Source: Octopus vulgaris
Taxonomy: Eukaryota
Direction: 5' to 3'
Length of the DNA: 64,000 nucleotides
Assembly: GCA_951406725.2 (NCBI GenBank)
Contig: OX597837.1
Span: 41,788,001 to 41,852,000, forward strand
This document shows positions 13,352 to 26,001 of the stretch, piece after piece. Made by a program: the position numbers and the translations under genes. The notes beneath the pieces are model-generated. The model did no database searches and was not told where the DNA came from. It worked only from the letters and a program-made list of their open reading frames with translations. Each line of letters begins with the position of its first letter. Within the stretch, counting starts at the first letter, position 1.

Positions 13352-14995
13352 GTGTGTCAAACAAGAATGAGTGCTCAACAGCGCATTGATGGATAAAAAT
13401 TCTTTATCTATGGGTTAAGGCTACCATTGGTTTCATGTTAAGGGATTTCTTAAATCCCTTAACAATTATCAAGCCTACCACCTGGAACACTGATGTTTGT
13501 CTCCATATGTTTATGTATGTATGTGTGTATAAATGTATGCATGTATATGTGTATCTATTTGCCTGTATGCGTAAGTATAACAGTGCTCTATCTAATATGT
13601 ATGTGCTATCTAATACATGTTAATTTATTCATATACGTGAATCCTGGGGGTGTTTTACGTTAGGCGTGCACACAGTACTCACCCAACCATGCCATACTCT
13701 GTAGGTCGTACGTGCTGTATGCCGTGAAGTGATGGAGGGCGCATCGTAAGAGTAAGTGCGAGAAAGTTTCACGGTTTTAGGTAAATAAATTCGACTTAAC
13801 AAATGAAAGGGAGAAATATTTTCAAGATTCCTTAGCAGAAGACCGATGTTGGTAGGTAGGGCCAAGGGATGGGGGGAAGAAGGATAAAGCAACCCATCCC
13901 CCCCCAATTGTCCCCCCCCCCATATCATCACATTTTTTTCCTGGGCATTTTTCCCTTCTTGTCTGTTTTTTTTTTAATTATTTTTTTTTTGATTGTTAGA
14001 CATTGTGTGTAAAGAGGGAGATTTTGGTCCAGATTTTTAGCCAACAACTTTTTTCTCTTTTCTTGCATGTGTGTGTGTGTGAGGGGAAGGGAGCAAGGCG
14101 GGTGAGGGTGGGTGGGCATGTCAAGGAGTGAAAGAGATGGTGGCACACACGTTCTTTCTTCTCTTCCTTGATTTCGTTTTTTTTTTTATTTTCGTTGTTA
14201 TTTTTTCTTCTTTTTTTTGATGAAACTGGAAATGAAGCACAAATGTTGAGACACTAAAAACAGCCTTTTTTTTTTTTTTTAAAGTTTCAAAACATGAAAT
14301 TTTATGGGGAAAATGTTTTTTTAAAAAAAAAAAAAAAAAATTAAGAATTAACACAATGATGAGTCAAGAAATGGCAACTGGGGAGATTGTTTTTTTTTTT
14401 GTTTTGTTTTAACCATTTTTTTTTTTTTTGGTTTAATAATAACAACTGATTTTTTTTTTCTCTCAATTAAATGAGATTTCAAACAAAAAAAAAAAAAGGT
14501 GAAAATAGAGAGACAGAGGGGAGAGAAAAGAAATTTAAGTAGTAAAATTAAATAAAATCAGATTGAACGCAATAATAATGATAATAATAATAATGATAAA
14601 ATAATACTAATAATGATGACAATGACTTCTTAATTAGGCATGTAACCCCCATAGACATGTAGGGTTTAAATGTTCTTGCCGAAGGGGACACCACCAACAA
14701 CTGTAGCAGGAAATGAACTTGTCATTCCAGGCGCCAAAAGTTTGGTTCAGTAAATTATTCATAGCGCCATCATTCATCTCAAGTCAATATTATTATTATT
14801 AATAGTAGTAGTAGTAGTAGTAATAGTAGTAAATAATAATAATAATGTTCTCTTATGCAGGCGTGGAGCCTGGAATTTTGTAAAGAAGTGGAACCGTTTT
14901 TCCTATGGCATTTTATATAGCAAAATGTGTGTGCAGTAGTTCCAGCCGGGAATTGAAACCAAGTTACCAACTTGGTCTTAACAAGGACTTAAACA

Positions 14996-15024
<29 letters not shown>

Positions 15025-15026
<2 letters not shown>

Positions 15027-15502
15027 GGTTTCGAATTTTGGCACAGGGGCCACCTGTTGTTTTGTTTTTTTTGTCTTTTGAGGAGGAAAAGTTGATAACA
15101 CCAACCCCAGTACTTTACTGGTACTTATTTTATCGACCTCCGAAAGGATGAAAGGCAAAGTCGACCTCGGCGGGATTTGAACCCAGAACGTAAAGACAGG
15201 CGAAATACCGCTAAGCATTCTACCCGGCGTGCTAACGATTCTGCCAGCTCAACACCTTAATATTATAATAATAATAATAATGCTTTCTACTATAGGCACA
15301 AGGCCTGAAAGGTTCGGGGGGGAAGGGGTTAGCCGATGACATCGACCCCCAGTGCTCAACTGGTACTTGTTTTATTAACCCCTGAGAGGGATGAAAGGGC
15401 AAAGTCGACCTTGGTGGAATTTGAACTCAGATTGTAAAGACAGATGAAGTACTGCTAAGCATTTTGTCCAGAATGCCCACGATTCTGCCAGCTTGCCGCC
15501 TT
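15025..15502 (-). mobile_element. Two tandem copies of tRNA-derived SINE family B just downstream of the FUT8 stop (probable 3' UTR)
   Basis: Head GGCGGC(A/G)AGCTGGCAGAATCG...GAGTTCAAATTCC; body ATCGACCCCGAAAGGATGAAAGGCAAAGTCGACC (plus-strand reading). Other copies at ~465, 6845, 9995, 16500, 27993(+), 36660, 37570, 38900, 45360-45940, 47960, 48480, 51780(+) and 62186. Confidence 0.85.
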
Positions 15503-15638
15503 GATAATAATAATAATAATAATAAATAGTAGTAGTAATAATAGTAATAATAATAATAATAATCAATAGAATAAAAATTACAAAATAATTTCAATATTTT
15601 TTTTTTTTCTTTTAAAGAATATATTATTTGTGAAATTA

Positions 15639-15968
15639 TCACGTTTGGTTTGTTAATGGTACCTCAGGATAATGGGGAAATTTCACAGTCACTACTTTAT
15701 TAACAGTCTTATATGAGGGGAATAGTCCATTTTTGCCCAGCTTCCTATGAACTCCTTTCGAATACCCATCCCAATGGTTCCCTGCAATGCCAATTGAGTC
15801 CCCGATTTCAAATGATATCTCCTCTTTACGCTGAGCCGTGTGCTTCTGGATGGCTTTCACATTGTGGGCGTTCTGTCCGCCAAAGTAGTAGATGTCATCT
15901 AGAGAATAAAACTTCTGCGATGCATCTCCGTGGTAGGTCTGCATCAATTCGTAAGCAACTCGGCAAAC
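15639..15968 (-). CDS. FUT8: FUT8 last coding exon including the SH3 domain ([11 protein letters not shown]...[11 protein letters not shown]...[13 protein letters not shown]...GLFPSYK) and TGA stop
   Basis: Strong match to the FUT8 C-terminus. Acceptor CTCTACAG; stop at 15641-15639. 330 nt. Confidence 0.97.
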   Translation of the reverse strand, partial: VCRVAYELMQTYHGDASQKFYSLDDIYYFGGQNAHNVKAIQKHTAQRKEEISFEIGDSIGIAGNHWDGYSKGVHRKLGKNGLFPSYKTVNKVVTVKFPHYPEVPLTNQT

Positions 15969-16281
15969 CTGTAGAGAGAAAACAAGACGGGATTAGGGGT
16001 AAGGAACAGAAAATGTAAGAAGTTAAAGGAACCCCCCCACCACCACCCTGCTTCCCAAACTATGGTCAGGCAAATGATAAAGCATGCTGTCAGTTGTGAC
16101 CATCCCTTCTTATTCTATACAGGAGGAATGGCTACGTGGTTAAGAAGCTTGCTTCCCAACTGTGTGGTCTTGATTTCAGTCCCAATGTGAAGCTTTTTGG
16201 GGCAAGTGTCTTCTATTCTAGCCTAAGCTGACCAAGTAATCAGACAGGTGTTATATACAGAAGGAAAAGTAGATTACTTAC

Positions 16282-16432
16282 CTGTGATGAAAATGTACAG
16301 ACTAAATAGTCACAAAGCGATAAGAAATGTATGTCGAATATGATGCCCCTTAAAGAGGCGGTACTGTAGCGTGTACCCAGACCTGCCGTCTTAGAGTTTT
16401 CGGAATCATAAATAAAATTGTAATTTGGATAT
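16282..16432 (-). CDS. FUT8: FUT8 coding exon ([50 protein letters not shown]); not in ORF track
   Basis: Manual reverse-complement translation gives motif [19 protein letters not shown]. Acceptor TTCCAG, donor GTAAGT. 151 nt; joins phase 2 to phase 0 correctly. Confidence 0.96.
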
Positions 16433-16466
16433 CTGGAAGAAGAAGAAGAAAAATAATAATGATAAT

Positions 16467-16498
<32 letters not shown>

Positions 16499-16700
16499 GG
16501 GTTTCAAATTTTGCCACAAGGGCAGCAGTTTTTTGGTGGAAGGGATTAGTCAGTCGATTACATCAACCCCAGGGTGTCAGGCGGTACTTATTTTATTGAC
16601 CCCAAAGGGATGAAAGGCAGAGTCAATTAGTGGAATTTGAACTCTGAATGTAACAACGGGTAAAATCTAGCACACTAATAATTCTGCCAGCTCACCACCT

Positions 16701-16734
<34 letters not shown>

Positions 16735-16781
16735 TAGGGTTTCAAATTCTGTCATAAGGCCAGCTTATAATAATAATATTA

Positions 16782-17195
16782 GGATCTTTTCAGTTTGAAC
16801 GGCAGTTTTTAAAAATAATTTCTAGGTAACTAAAAAATTTTAAATTTAGTATACTGGTAGAATGTGTTTATAAAACATCTTTTTCTCTTGGCTTTATTGA
16901 GAAAATTCTATAGTTTGTAAGATATTTGTTGCTTTTTTTCTTCAATTTCTGTAATTTCAACCAATCAATGATGTCCATTGAGTTAAAAAAAACATTCTGT
17001 GCCGTAAGAATATGTCCCTCATTTAAGAAACAGATTGAGTTTATTTACATTTGTGAAGAAAAAAAGATACCCTTCCCTCCACCCCTAACCCTAAAACAGA
17101 GTGAAATGCAATAGATCGATACTAGGGTCACAATTATGGGTGACAATTTCATATGACATCGCTAGAAAAAACTGCTGTTCAAACCGGAAAGATCC
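16782..17195. mobile_element. Non-autonomous DNA transposon (MITE) with ~29-bp TIRs
   Basis: GGATCTTTTCAGTTTGAACGGCAGTTTTT ... AAAAACTGCTGTTCAAACCGGAAAGATCC, flanked by TA/TA. Second copy at 55629. Confidence 0.85.
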
Positions 17196-17632
17196 TAATA
17201 CTCTTTATCATTATTATTAATAATAATAGTAACGATAAATTTAAAAAGCTATTGAAAAATTATAAAAAGAAATAAAAGAACGTTCTAAAATAATGATAAT
17301 AATAATCCTTTCTATTATAGGCACAAGGCCCGAAATTTTGGGGGAAAGGTTATGCAGAGTACATGGTACTTAATTTACATGGTGTATGGCAAAAATTAGC
17401 TTTACTAGGAACTGCAGGCATATTGCATAAAGTATTGTGTGTCTGAGCCCCTTGTTGTGAGTTGACAGACAGTAAAAACCCCCAGTAGGCACGATATCTT
17501 CAATTTACAATATTGGATCACAATATTGGAGAGTGTGACATCTTCAATATTAATAATAATAATAATAATAATGGTTTAAAATTTTGTTACAAGGCCAGCA
17601 AATAATAATACTCTATTTTAAAATCTATTATT

Positions 17633-18220
17633 CATCATCATCATCGTTTAACGTCCGTTTTCCATGCTAGCGTTGGTTGGACGGTTCGACCGGGGTCTGG
17701 GAAGCCAGGGGCTGCACCAGACAGTGTTTCTACGGCTGGGTGCCCTTCCTAACGCCAACCACTCTGCGAGTGTAGTGGGTGCTTTTTACGTGCCACCGGC
17801 ACAGGTGCCAGGGGAGTCTGGCATCGGCCACAATCGGTTGGGGCTTTTAACGTGCCACTGGCACGGAAGCCAGCCAAGGCGATTATTAGTATTATTATTA
17901 TTAATAATGATACCAGTGCCAGTGGCATGTAAGTGAACCATCCGAACATGGCCGTTGCCAGCCCCGCCCCGACGGGCCTCCGTGCCAGTGGCATGTAAAA
18001 AGCACCATCCGATCGTGGCTGTTTTCCAGCCTCGTCTGGCACATAAAAAGCACCCACTACATTCACGGAGTGGTTGGCATTAGGAAGGGCATCCAGCCGT
18101 AGAAACATTGCCAGATCAGACTGGGCCTGGTGCAGCCTTCTGGCTTCCCAGACCCCAGTTGAACCGTCCAACCCATGCTAGCATGGAAAGCGGATGCTAA
18201 ATCATGATGATGATGATGAT
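17633..18220. mobile_element. Two oppositely oriented copies of a CAT-tailed interspersed repeat (family D)
   Basis: (CAT)n-CGTTTAACGTCCG..TTCCATGCTAGC..GGTTGGACGG on the left and its reverse complement on the right. Other copies at 825, 3265-3820, 41100-41350 and 62400-62605. Confidence 0.8.
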
Positions 18221-18523
18221 AATAATAATAATAAATCTAAAAAGTAATTGAAAAATTATAAAAAAAGATTAATAAAAAAAAACGTTTTAAAATATATAGT
18301 AATATATAAAAAAAATTGTTGAAGAAGAAAAATAATAATTTCAAAATTGCAAATAAAACACTAAATTCAGGTAACTACAAAAAAAAATGTAGGAGAGACA
18401 CTAACAAAAATACTACAGCCACTGCTTCGGTTACTATTAAGAAGGAGAAGAACAGGCATTAAAAACACTTTAAGAAGGAATCACAAGAATATTCCGTCTC
18501 AATATTCCTTAAAAAACACACTC

Positions 18524-18555
<32 letters not shown>

Positions 18556-19126
18556 CAAAATTCCAAAAATAAAAAATGAAACTGAAATATTTTTTATACA
18601 TTTCATGTGTTTTTCAAATATTTTTTTTCTTTTTTATTTTTATACAGATTTTATCATCATCATCATCATGGTTTTTTTTTTTTTGTCTTCTGTTACCAGA
18701 GAGGCTTGGGGAATTTAAAAGAAACATTAAGTTTATTACATGAAGCCTTGCTCTTCCTGCTCGTTGGAAAGGGAGTGAGGGAAGGCAGTGGTGGTGGTGG
18801 TCATGGCGGAGGGGTTTAGGATGTTGGATATTTCGAAACAGATACTTATTACTTTGCATTATATTTTTGCTTATACCTCTCACCACCACCCTTTACACAC
18901 ACACACACACACACACATAAGCACACACATTTCAACATTTATATATGTATAATGTATACATACACACACACACAGAAATGCACACACACACTATATATAT
19001 ATACACACACACACATATATATGTATACATATATACACACACAGACACATATATATATGTATACATACATATATATATATTACACACACACACATATGTA
19101 TACATATATATATATATTACACACAC

Positions 19127-19159
<33 letters not shown>

Positions 19160-20063
19160 TATATATATACATATATATATATATTACACACACACACATA
19201 TATATATATATTACACACACACATGTATATATATATATATATATACAGACATACATATATATAGACATATACAGACACATATATATATACACATATATAC
19301 ACACATATACAAGCACACACCATATATGTGTATGTGTCAGTATACACGTACACCTGTGTATACATATATACACCTGAGATTTTGTGAACTATATATATAT
19401 ATAGTTACATATGTCTTTATACGTATGAATGAACAGTCTCACATTAGAGAAGAGTGTTGTTAGACAAGCTACACACACACACACACACACTCACACACAA
19501 ACTGCCAGACACATACGGAAATGCAAACACACACACGCAATCCATTGTCATACGTTTCACCTTTTGCATGATTGTGTCTTAAAATGCCATTATGACAAGA
19601 TGGGTAAACGAAGAGGGGAAAAAAAAATACGATAAAATTTATATTAAAAGAAAAAACGATAAAAAATAAAAATCACCCATAAAACATTCGGATTTTTTTT
19701 TTTTTCTAATGAACTAAAATATATAAAATAAAACCAACACACCTTATAAACACACATGCATATACACAAACATATACATACATACATATACAGATATATA
19801 TATATGTATATGTATCAGAAAAATTTTTATGGTTCGCCTGGAAATAAGTAATTTCAATGAACTAAGATATAAAAATATATGCTGTGTGAGTGTGTAGATA
19901 TATATATATATATGTCTGTGTGTATGCGTATAATAGCATAGGAAACTAAAAATAGAGTCTGTATACTAAATGACTCTATATATATAAGTACACGCAGACA
20001 CACATCATAATAAGTTTTTTTTTAACATAAATATATATACAATATATACATAATATATATATA

Positions 20064-20114
<51 letters not shown>

Positions 20115-20642
20115 ATGCATGTTAAAACGAAAATGAAACATTATCTGTTAATGGACTCAATACATAAAACAGAGTTAAATATTATTATTTTTTCTTCTAA
20201 TGGGTAAATTTTAGTTTCAGTAAGTTGTATTCTATCAAAACTTTTAAGTCAAACGCATACATATGCATTCACGCACACACATAAGAGAGAGAAAGTATGT
20301 GTGTGTGTGTGTGTATATATATATACACATGCACATACATGTACGTAGTTGGTGCATTGGTGTAACCATGGTGTTCTGGTGATCTGAAGAGCAAGCCTTC
20401 TATATCTGGATGTATTTGTAATTGCACAATTGTTCTGTACAATGTGCAGCATGCATATCGGTGCAGACATGCAAAAAAAAAAATTTTATTATACACTGAA
20501 ATTATTATTACATTTCAGCAAAGGCTGCAAAACAGCTGTAATCCCATGGATACCAAGTGGTTGAGTAAAATATATCCACCTCCTTACATTTATGGTCACT
20601 CTCTAAACATATTGAATGTGTGTGTGCGTAGTTACAAAACCA

Positions 20643-20830
20643 GAGTTAGATAAGGCTGGTTTCTGAGATTACCCTGGGTTTCACATCCATAAAGCGCCTA
20701 GCTTCACAGAGTATCATCAGATTCCAAACCTGTTGGCTTATGGCTTCACTTGCTAGATTTGACGATACGCTGTAAAGCTTTGTGGACCTGAAACCCAGGG
20801 TAACCCCACAAACTAGCCTTATTTAACTTC
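20643..20830. ncRNA. Inverted repeat carrying two divergent hammerhead-like motifs
   Basis: Minus 20722-20667: CTGATGA-long stem II-GAAA-CCCAGGG-TA-ATC. Plus 20756-20805: GAT-TTGACGA...GAAA-CCCAGGG-TA-ACC. The arms are imperfect reverse complements. Confidence 0.55.
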
Positions 20831-20847
20831 ATCTATATAATATGCAT

Positions 20848-21140
20848 GGAGGCACATGGCCTAGTGGTTAGAGCAGCGGACTCGAGGTCGAGGGATCATG
20901 GGTTTGAATCTCAGACTGGGTGATGTGTATGTTTATGAGCGAAACACCTAAGCTCTAAGCTTTGGTAGAAAGTAATGGCGAATTTCTGCTGACTCTTACA
21001 CCACAATTTTCTCTCACTCTTTCCTCCTGCATCTTGCAGCTTACCTGCGACAGATCGATGTCCTGTCCAGGTGGGGAACCTATACACCAAGAAACTGGGA
21101 AACCGGCCCTATGAGCCAGGTGTGGCTCGAGAAGGAACAA
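20848..21140 (+). mobile_element. tRNA(Arg)-like SINE, family C
   Basis: GGAGGCACATGGCCTAGTGGTTAGAGCAGCGGACTCG...GGTTTGAATCTC. Related copies at 37777-38105 (+), 42210-42497 (-), ~30-262 (-), 7885-8105 (-) and 27450-27538 (-). Confidence 0.8.
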
Positions 21141-21391
21141 GAGAGAGTATATAATATGCTGGTCTATAATTTAGAGTGTGCTTCTATTTCGGAGTTATGT
21201 TTTATCGACAATCAATATGTGTGTGTTTATATATGAAGTGTGTGAAGGTTATATATTTTCCAAATGAAATTACTCGTGCAAATGTAAAGTAGACATATTT
21301 CTGTGAAAGGAAACGGTGAACAGAAAAGAAAAAAAGACTCCGCAAAACCATTGAAGTGATTAAATAAAAAGCGATGTGGTTGCCAACTTAC

Positions 21392-21574
21392 TTATTCACA
21401 GCATCTGCAAGAACGTTGGGGTCGTCAGATGCCAAGTAAACCTTTTTTGTTTCAATAGAATGACCTTTGGACATTTCCAACTGTCTGTAATAGTCTTCTA
21501 CGTGGGCCATGTATTCTTCCAGGCTGTGGTATGCAGCTTCTGTACCCACTTTATCTGTCCGACGCACATGGACG
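21392..21574 (-). CDS. FUT8: FUT8 coding exon with GDP-fucose-binding motif I VHVRRTDKVGTEAAYH and motif II VYLASDDP
   Basis: GT23 signature HVRRTDK. Acceptor TTGCAG, donor GTAAGT at 21391. 183 nt. Confidence 0.97.
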
Positions 21575-21651
21575 CTGCAAGAAAGAAAGACAGGGGGAAA
21601 AAGAAAAATTACAAAATGAATAAACAATAAATTAAATGTTGAATTAGATTC

Positions 21652-24392
21652 AGGCGTGGGAGTGGCTGTGTGGTAAGTAGCTTGTTCACCAACCACATGG
21701 TTCCAGGTTCAGTCCCACTGCGTGGCACCTTGGGCAAGTGTCTTCTACTATAGCCTCGGGCCGACCAATGCCTTTTGAGTGGATTTGGTAGACAGAAACT
21801 GAAAGAAACCCATTGAATATATGTGGCTGTGTGGTAAGTAGCTTGTTCACCAACCACATGGTTCCAGGTTCAGTCCCACTGCGTGGCACCTTGGGCAACT
21901 GTCTTCTACTATAGCCTCGGGCCGACCAATGCCTTTTGAGTGGATTTGGTAGACAGAAACTGAAAGAAACCCATTGAATATATATGTGGCTGTGTGGTAA
22001 GTAGCTTGTTTACCAACCACATGGTTTCCGGGTTCAGTCCTACTGTGTAGCACCTTGGGCAAGTGTCTTCTACTATAGCCTCAGGTTGACCAAGAGCCTT
22101 GTGAGTGGATTTGGTAGACAGAAACTGAAAGAAACCCATTGAATATATGTGGTTGTGTGGTAAGTAGCTTGTTCACCAACCACATGGTTTCCGGGTTCAG
22201 TCCTACTGTGTAGCACCTTGGGCAAGTGTCTTGTACTATAGCCTCAGGTTGACCAAGAGCCTTGTGAGTGGATTTGGTAGACAGAAACTGAAAGAAACCT
22301 ATTGAATATATGTGGCTGTGTGGTAAGTAGCTTGTTTACCAACCACATGGATCCAGGTTCAGTTCCACTGCGTGGCACCTTGGGCAAGTGTCTTCTACTA
22401 TAACCTCAGGTTGACTAAGAGCCTTGTGAGTGGATTTGGTAGACAGAAACTAAAAGAAACCCATTGAATATATGTGGCTGTGTGGTAAGTAGCTTGTTTA
22501 CCAACCACATGGTTCCGGGTTCAGTCCCACTGTGTGGCACCTTGGGCAAGTGTCTTGTACTATAGCCTCAGGTTGACCAAGAGCCTTGTGAGTGGATTTG
22601 GTAGACAGAAACTGAAAGAAACCCATTGAATATATGTGGCTGTGTGGTAAGTAGCTTGTTTACCAACCACATGGTTCCAGGTTCAGTCCCACTGTGTGGC
22701 ACCTTGGGCAAGTGTCTTGTACTATAGCCTCAGGTTGACTAAGAGCCTTGTGAGTGGATTTGGTAGACAGAAACTAAAAGAAACTCATTGAATATATGTG
22801 GCTGTGTGGTAAGTAGCTTGTTTACCAACCACATGGTTTCCGGGTTCAGTCCTACTGTGTAGCACCTTGGGCAAGTGTCTTCTACTATAGCCTCAGGTTG
22901 ACCAAGAGCCTTGTGAGTGGATTTGGTAGACAGAAACTGAAAGAAACCCATTGAATATATGTGGTTGTGTGGTAAGTAGCTTGTTCACCAACCACATGGT
23001 TCCGGGTTCAGTCCCACTGTGTGGCATCTTGGGCAAGTGTCTTCTACTATAGCCTCAGGTTGACCAAGAGCCTTGTGAGTGGATTTGGTAGACAGAAACT
23101 GAAAGAAACCCATTGAATATATGTGGTTGTGTGGTAAGTAGCTTGTTCACCAACCACATGGTTCCGGGTTCAGTCCCACTGTGTGGCATCTTGGGCAAGT
23201 GTCTTCTACTATAGCCTCGGGTTGACCAAGAGCCTTGTGAGTGGATTTGGTAGACAGAAACTGAAAGAAACCTATTGAATATATGTGGCTGTGTGGTAAG
23301 TAGCTTGTTTACCAACCACATGGTTCCGGGTTCAGTCCCACTGTGTGGCATCTTAGGCAAGTGTCTTCTACTATAACCTCAGGTTGACTAAGAGCCTTGT
23401 GAGTGGATTTGGTAGACAGAAACTAAAAGAAACCCATTGAATATATGTGGCTGTGTGGTAAGTAGCTTGTTTACCAACCACATGGTTTCCGGGTTCAGTC
23501 CTACTGTGTAGCACCTTGGGCAAGTGTCTTCTACTATAGCCTCAGGTTGACCAAGAGCCTTGTGAGTGGATTTGGTAGACAGAAACTGAAAGAAACCTAT
23601 TGAATATATGTGGCTGTGTGGTAAGTAGCTTGTTTACCAACCACATGGTTTCCGGGTTCAGTCCTACTGTGTAGCACCTTGGGCAAGTGTCTTCTACTAT
23701 AACCTCAGGTTGACTAAGAGCCTTGTGAGTGGATTTGGTAGACAGAAACTAAAAGAAACCCATTGAATATATGTGGCTGTGTGGTAAGTAGCTTGTTTAC
23801 CAACCACATGGTTCCGGGTTCAGTCCTACTGTGTGGCACCTTGGGCAAGTGTCTTGTACTATAGCCTCAGGTTGACCAAGAGCCTTGTGAGTGGATTTGG
23901 TAGACAGAAACTGAAAGAAACCCATTGAATATATGTGGCTGTGTGGTAAGTAGCTTGTTTACCAACCACATGGTTCCAAGTTCAGTCCCACTGCGTGGCA
24001 CCTTGGGCAAGTGTCTTCTACTATAGCCTCAGGTTCACCAAGAGCCTTGTGAGTGGATTTGGTAGACAGAAACTGAAAGAAACCCATTGAATATATGTGG
24101 CTGTGTAGTAAGTAGCTTGTTTACCAACCACATGGTTCCGGGTTCAGTCCCACTGTGTGGCACCTTGGGCAAGTGTCTTCTACTATAGCCTCAGGTTGAC
24201 TAAGAGCCTTGTGAGTGGATTTGGTAGGCAGAAACTTAAAGAAGCCTGTTGTGTATGTATATACATACATACATATATATATATATATTTGTGTATGTTT
24301 CTGTATTTGCCCCCTGCCCACCATTGCTTGACAACCGATGTTGGTGTGTTTACGTCCCTGTAACTCAACAGTTCAGCAAAAGAAACTGATAA
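21652..24392 (+). repeat. Tandem array of 16 x 161-163 bp tRNA-SINE 5' halves that ends in a SINE body
   Basis: Unit starts at 21662, 21823, 21986, 22149, 22312, 22474, 22636, 22798, 22961, 23123, 23285, 23447, 23610, 23773, 23935 and 24097. Each unit has an A-box-like TGGCTGTGTGG and a B-box-like GTTCAGTCC, matching the heads of dispersed copies (32879, 39819). Confidence 0.93.
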
Positions 24393-24675
24393 AATGAGGA
24401 CCGACCAAAGCCTTGTGAGTGGATTTGGTAGACGGAAACTGAAAGAAGCCCGTCGTATATATATGCATGTGTGTATATGTTTGTGTGTCTGCGTTTGTCC
24501 CTGCCAACATCGCTTGACAACTGATACTGGTGTGTTTATGTCCCCGTCACTTAGCAGTTCGGCAAAAGAGACCGATAGAATAAGTATTGGGCTTACAAAG
24601 AATAACTCCCTGGGTCGATTTGATCGGCTAAAGGCGGTGCTCCAGCATGGCCGCAGTCAAATGACTGAAACAAGT

Positions 24676-24706
<31 letters not shown>

Positions 24707-24984
24707 TATAAAATGGCTTCTAGTTTACATCTACCAAATCCACCACGCTCAAGGTTTTGTTAAGCCCAGGACTATAGTAGAAGACACCCAAGGTACCACA
24801 GAGCAGGATTGAACCAGAGACCACATGGTTAGGATGGGTCTCCTAGAAGCAAATATGTTGCTGGCACTCACTTTTACTTGAATATCCTATGGGAAAGAAC
24901 ATAGTCTAAGACATAGATTTTCTATGGCCTACGAAAGAAAACATTATAATAATGTACAACACATGATGTACCCCAAGGTAGACT

Positions 24985-25467
24985 ATTCTTTTACTTGCTT
25001 CAGTCATTTGACTGCAGCCATGCTGGAGCACTGCCTTTAGTTGAACAAATCTTATTCTTATTCTTTGCAAGCCTAGTATTTATTCTATCGGTGTCTTTTT
25101 GCCAAACTGCTAAGTGACAGGAACGTAAACACATCAACATTGGTTGTCAAGCAACAGTGGAAGAAAAAACACACACAAATAACAAATATATACATACATA
25201 TATATATACACACACACACACATATATATATATATACACACACATATATATACACACACATATATATATACACACACACACACACATATATATATATACA
25301 CACACATATATATATACACACATACACAACGGTCTTCTTTCAGTTTCCATCTACCAAATCCATTCACAAGGCTATAGTAGAAGACACTTGCCCAAGGTGC
25401 CATGCATTGGGACTGAACCCAGAACCATGTGGTTGAGAAGCAAGCATCTTACCACACTCCTGCGCCT
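24985..25467 (-). mobile_element. SINE family A (diverged)
   Basis: Reverse orientation; ends ~110 bp from the FUT8 donor at 25576. Confidence 0.85.
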
Positions 25468-25576
25468 AAACCAGCAAAGGCTAAATGATCACAGCTGAAA
25501 CACTTTGATCATATGTTGGCTTGATTTAAGCAAGCGGCCAAGGGTTAAACAACAATAACAACAGCAACAAACTTAC

Positions 25577-25823
25577 CCAACAATAGGGTTTTGGAAACCC
25601 AACCGTTTTTTGGTATCATTGATGTCTTTTTCTAGGGCTGGTTGTGGCCGTACTAGATAACGTACAAACTGACCGATCCACCATACGGCAGGGTCACCAT
25701 GAAGCCGACGAAGCCGTGGTGCAAGGTCTTCTGGGATGGCAAGTGGAATAAATGCTGGTTTTGGGTAGACATTGTCAATAATTGGCATCTCCACAACTTG
25801 GACCTCTGTCAGTGTTTCAGGGG
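25577..25823 (-). CDS. FUT8: FUT8 coding exon ([17 protein letters not shown]...[21 protein letters not shown]...LGFQNPIVG)
   Basis: Contains the FUT8 motif [10 protein letters not shown] acceptor at 25825-25824, GTAAGT donor at 25576. 247 nt; phase is compatible with both neighbours. Confidence 0.96.
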
Positions 25824-26001
25824 CTGAAAAACGATGAGGAAGAAGAAAATAAAGAAATAAATCAGATTAAATATAAAAAAACAGCTACAAAAAGCAATGA
25901 AATAAAATGAAAAAACAAAGACACAAAAACTTTTCAATTAGAAATTAAATCAGTGTTCTTAGATGTTAAAGGAGGCCGGGTCTGAAGGACTTGGATGTTA
26001 A

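Noticed and set aside
20848-20925. Genuine tRNA-Arg genes (also 37777 and 42420-42497)
   Set aside because: The tRNA-like heads lack a paired acceptor stem and continue into SINE bodies.
21652-24392. CRISPR-like array
   Set aside because: Units are near-identical over their whole length with no unique spacers, are SINE-derived, and sit in a eukaryotic intron with no cas genes.
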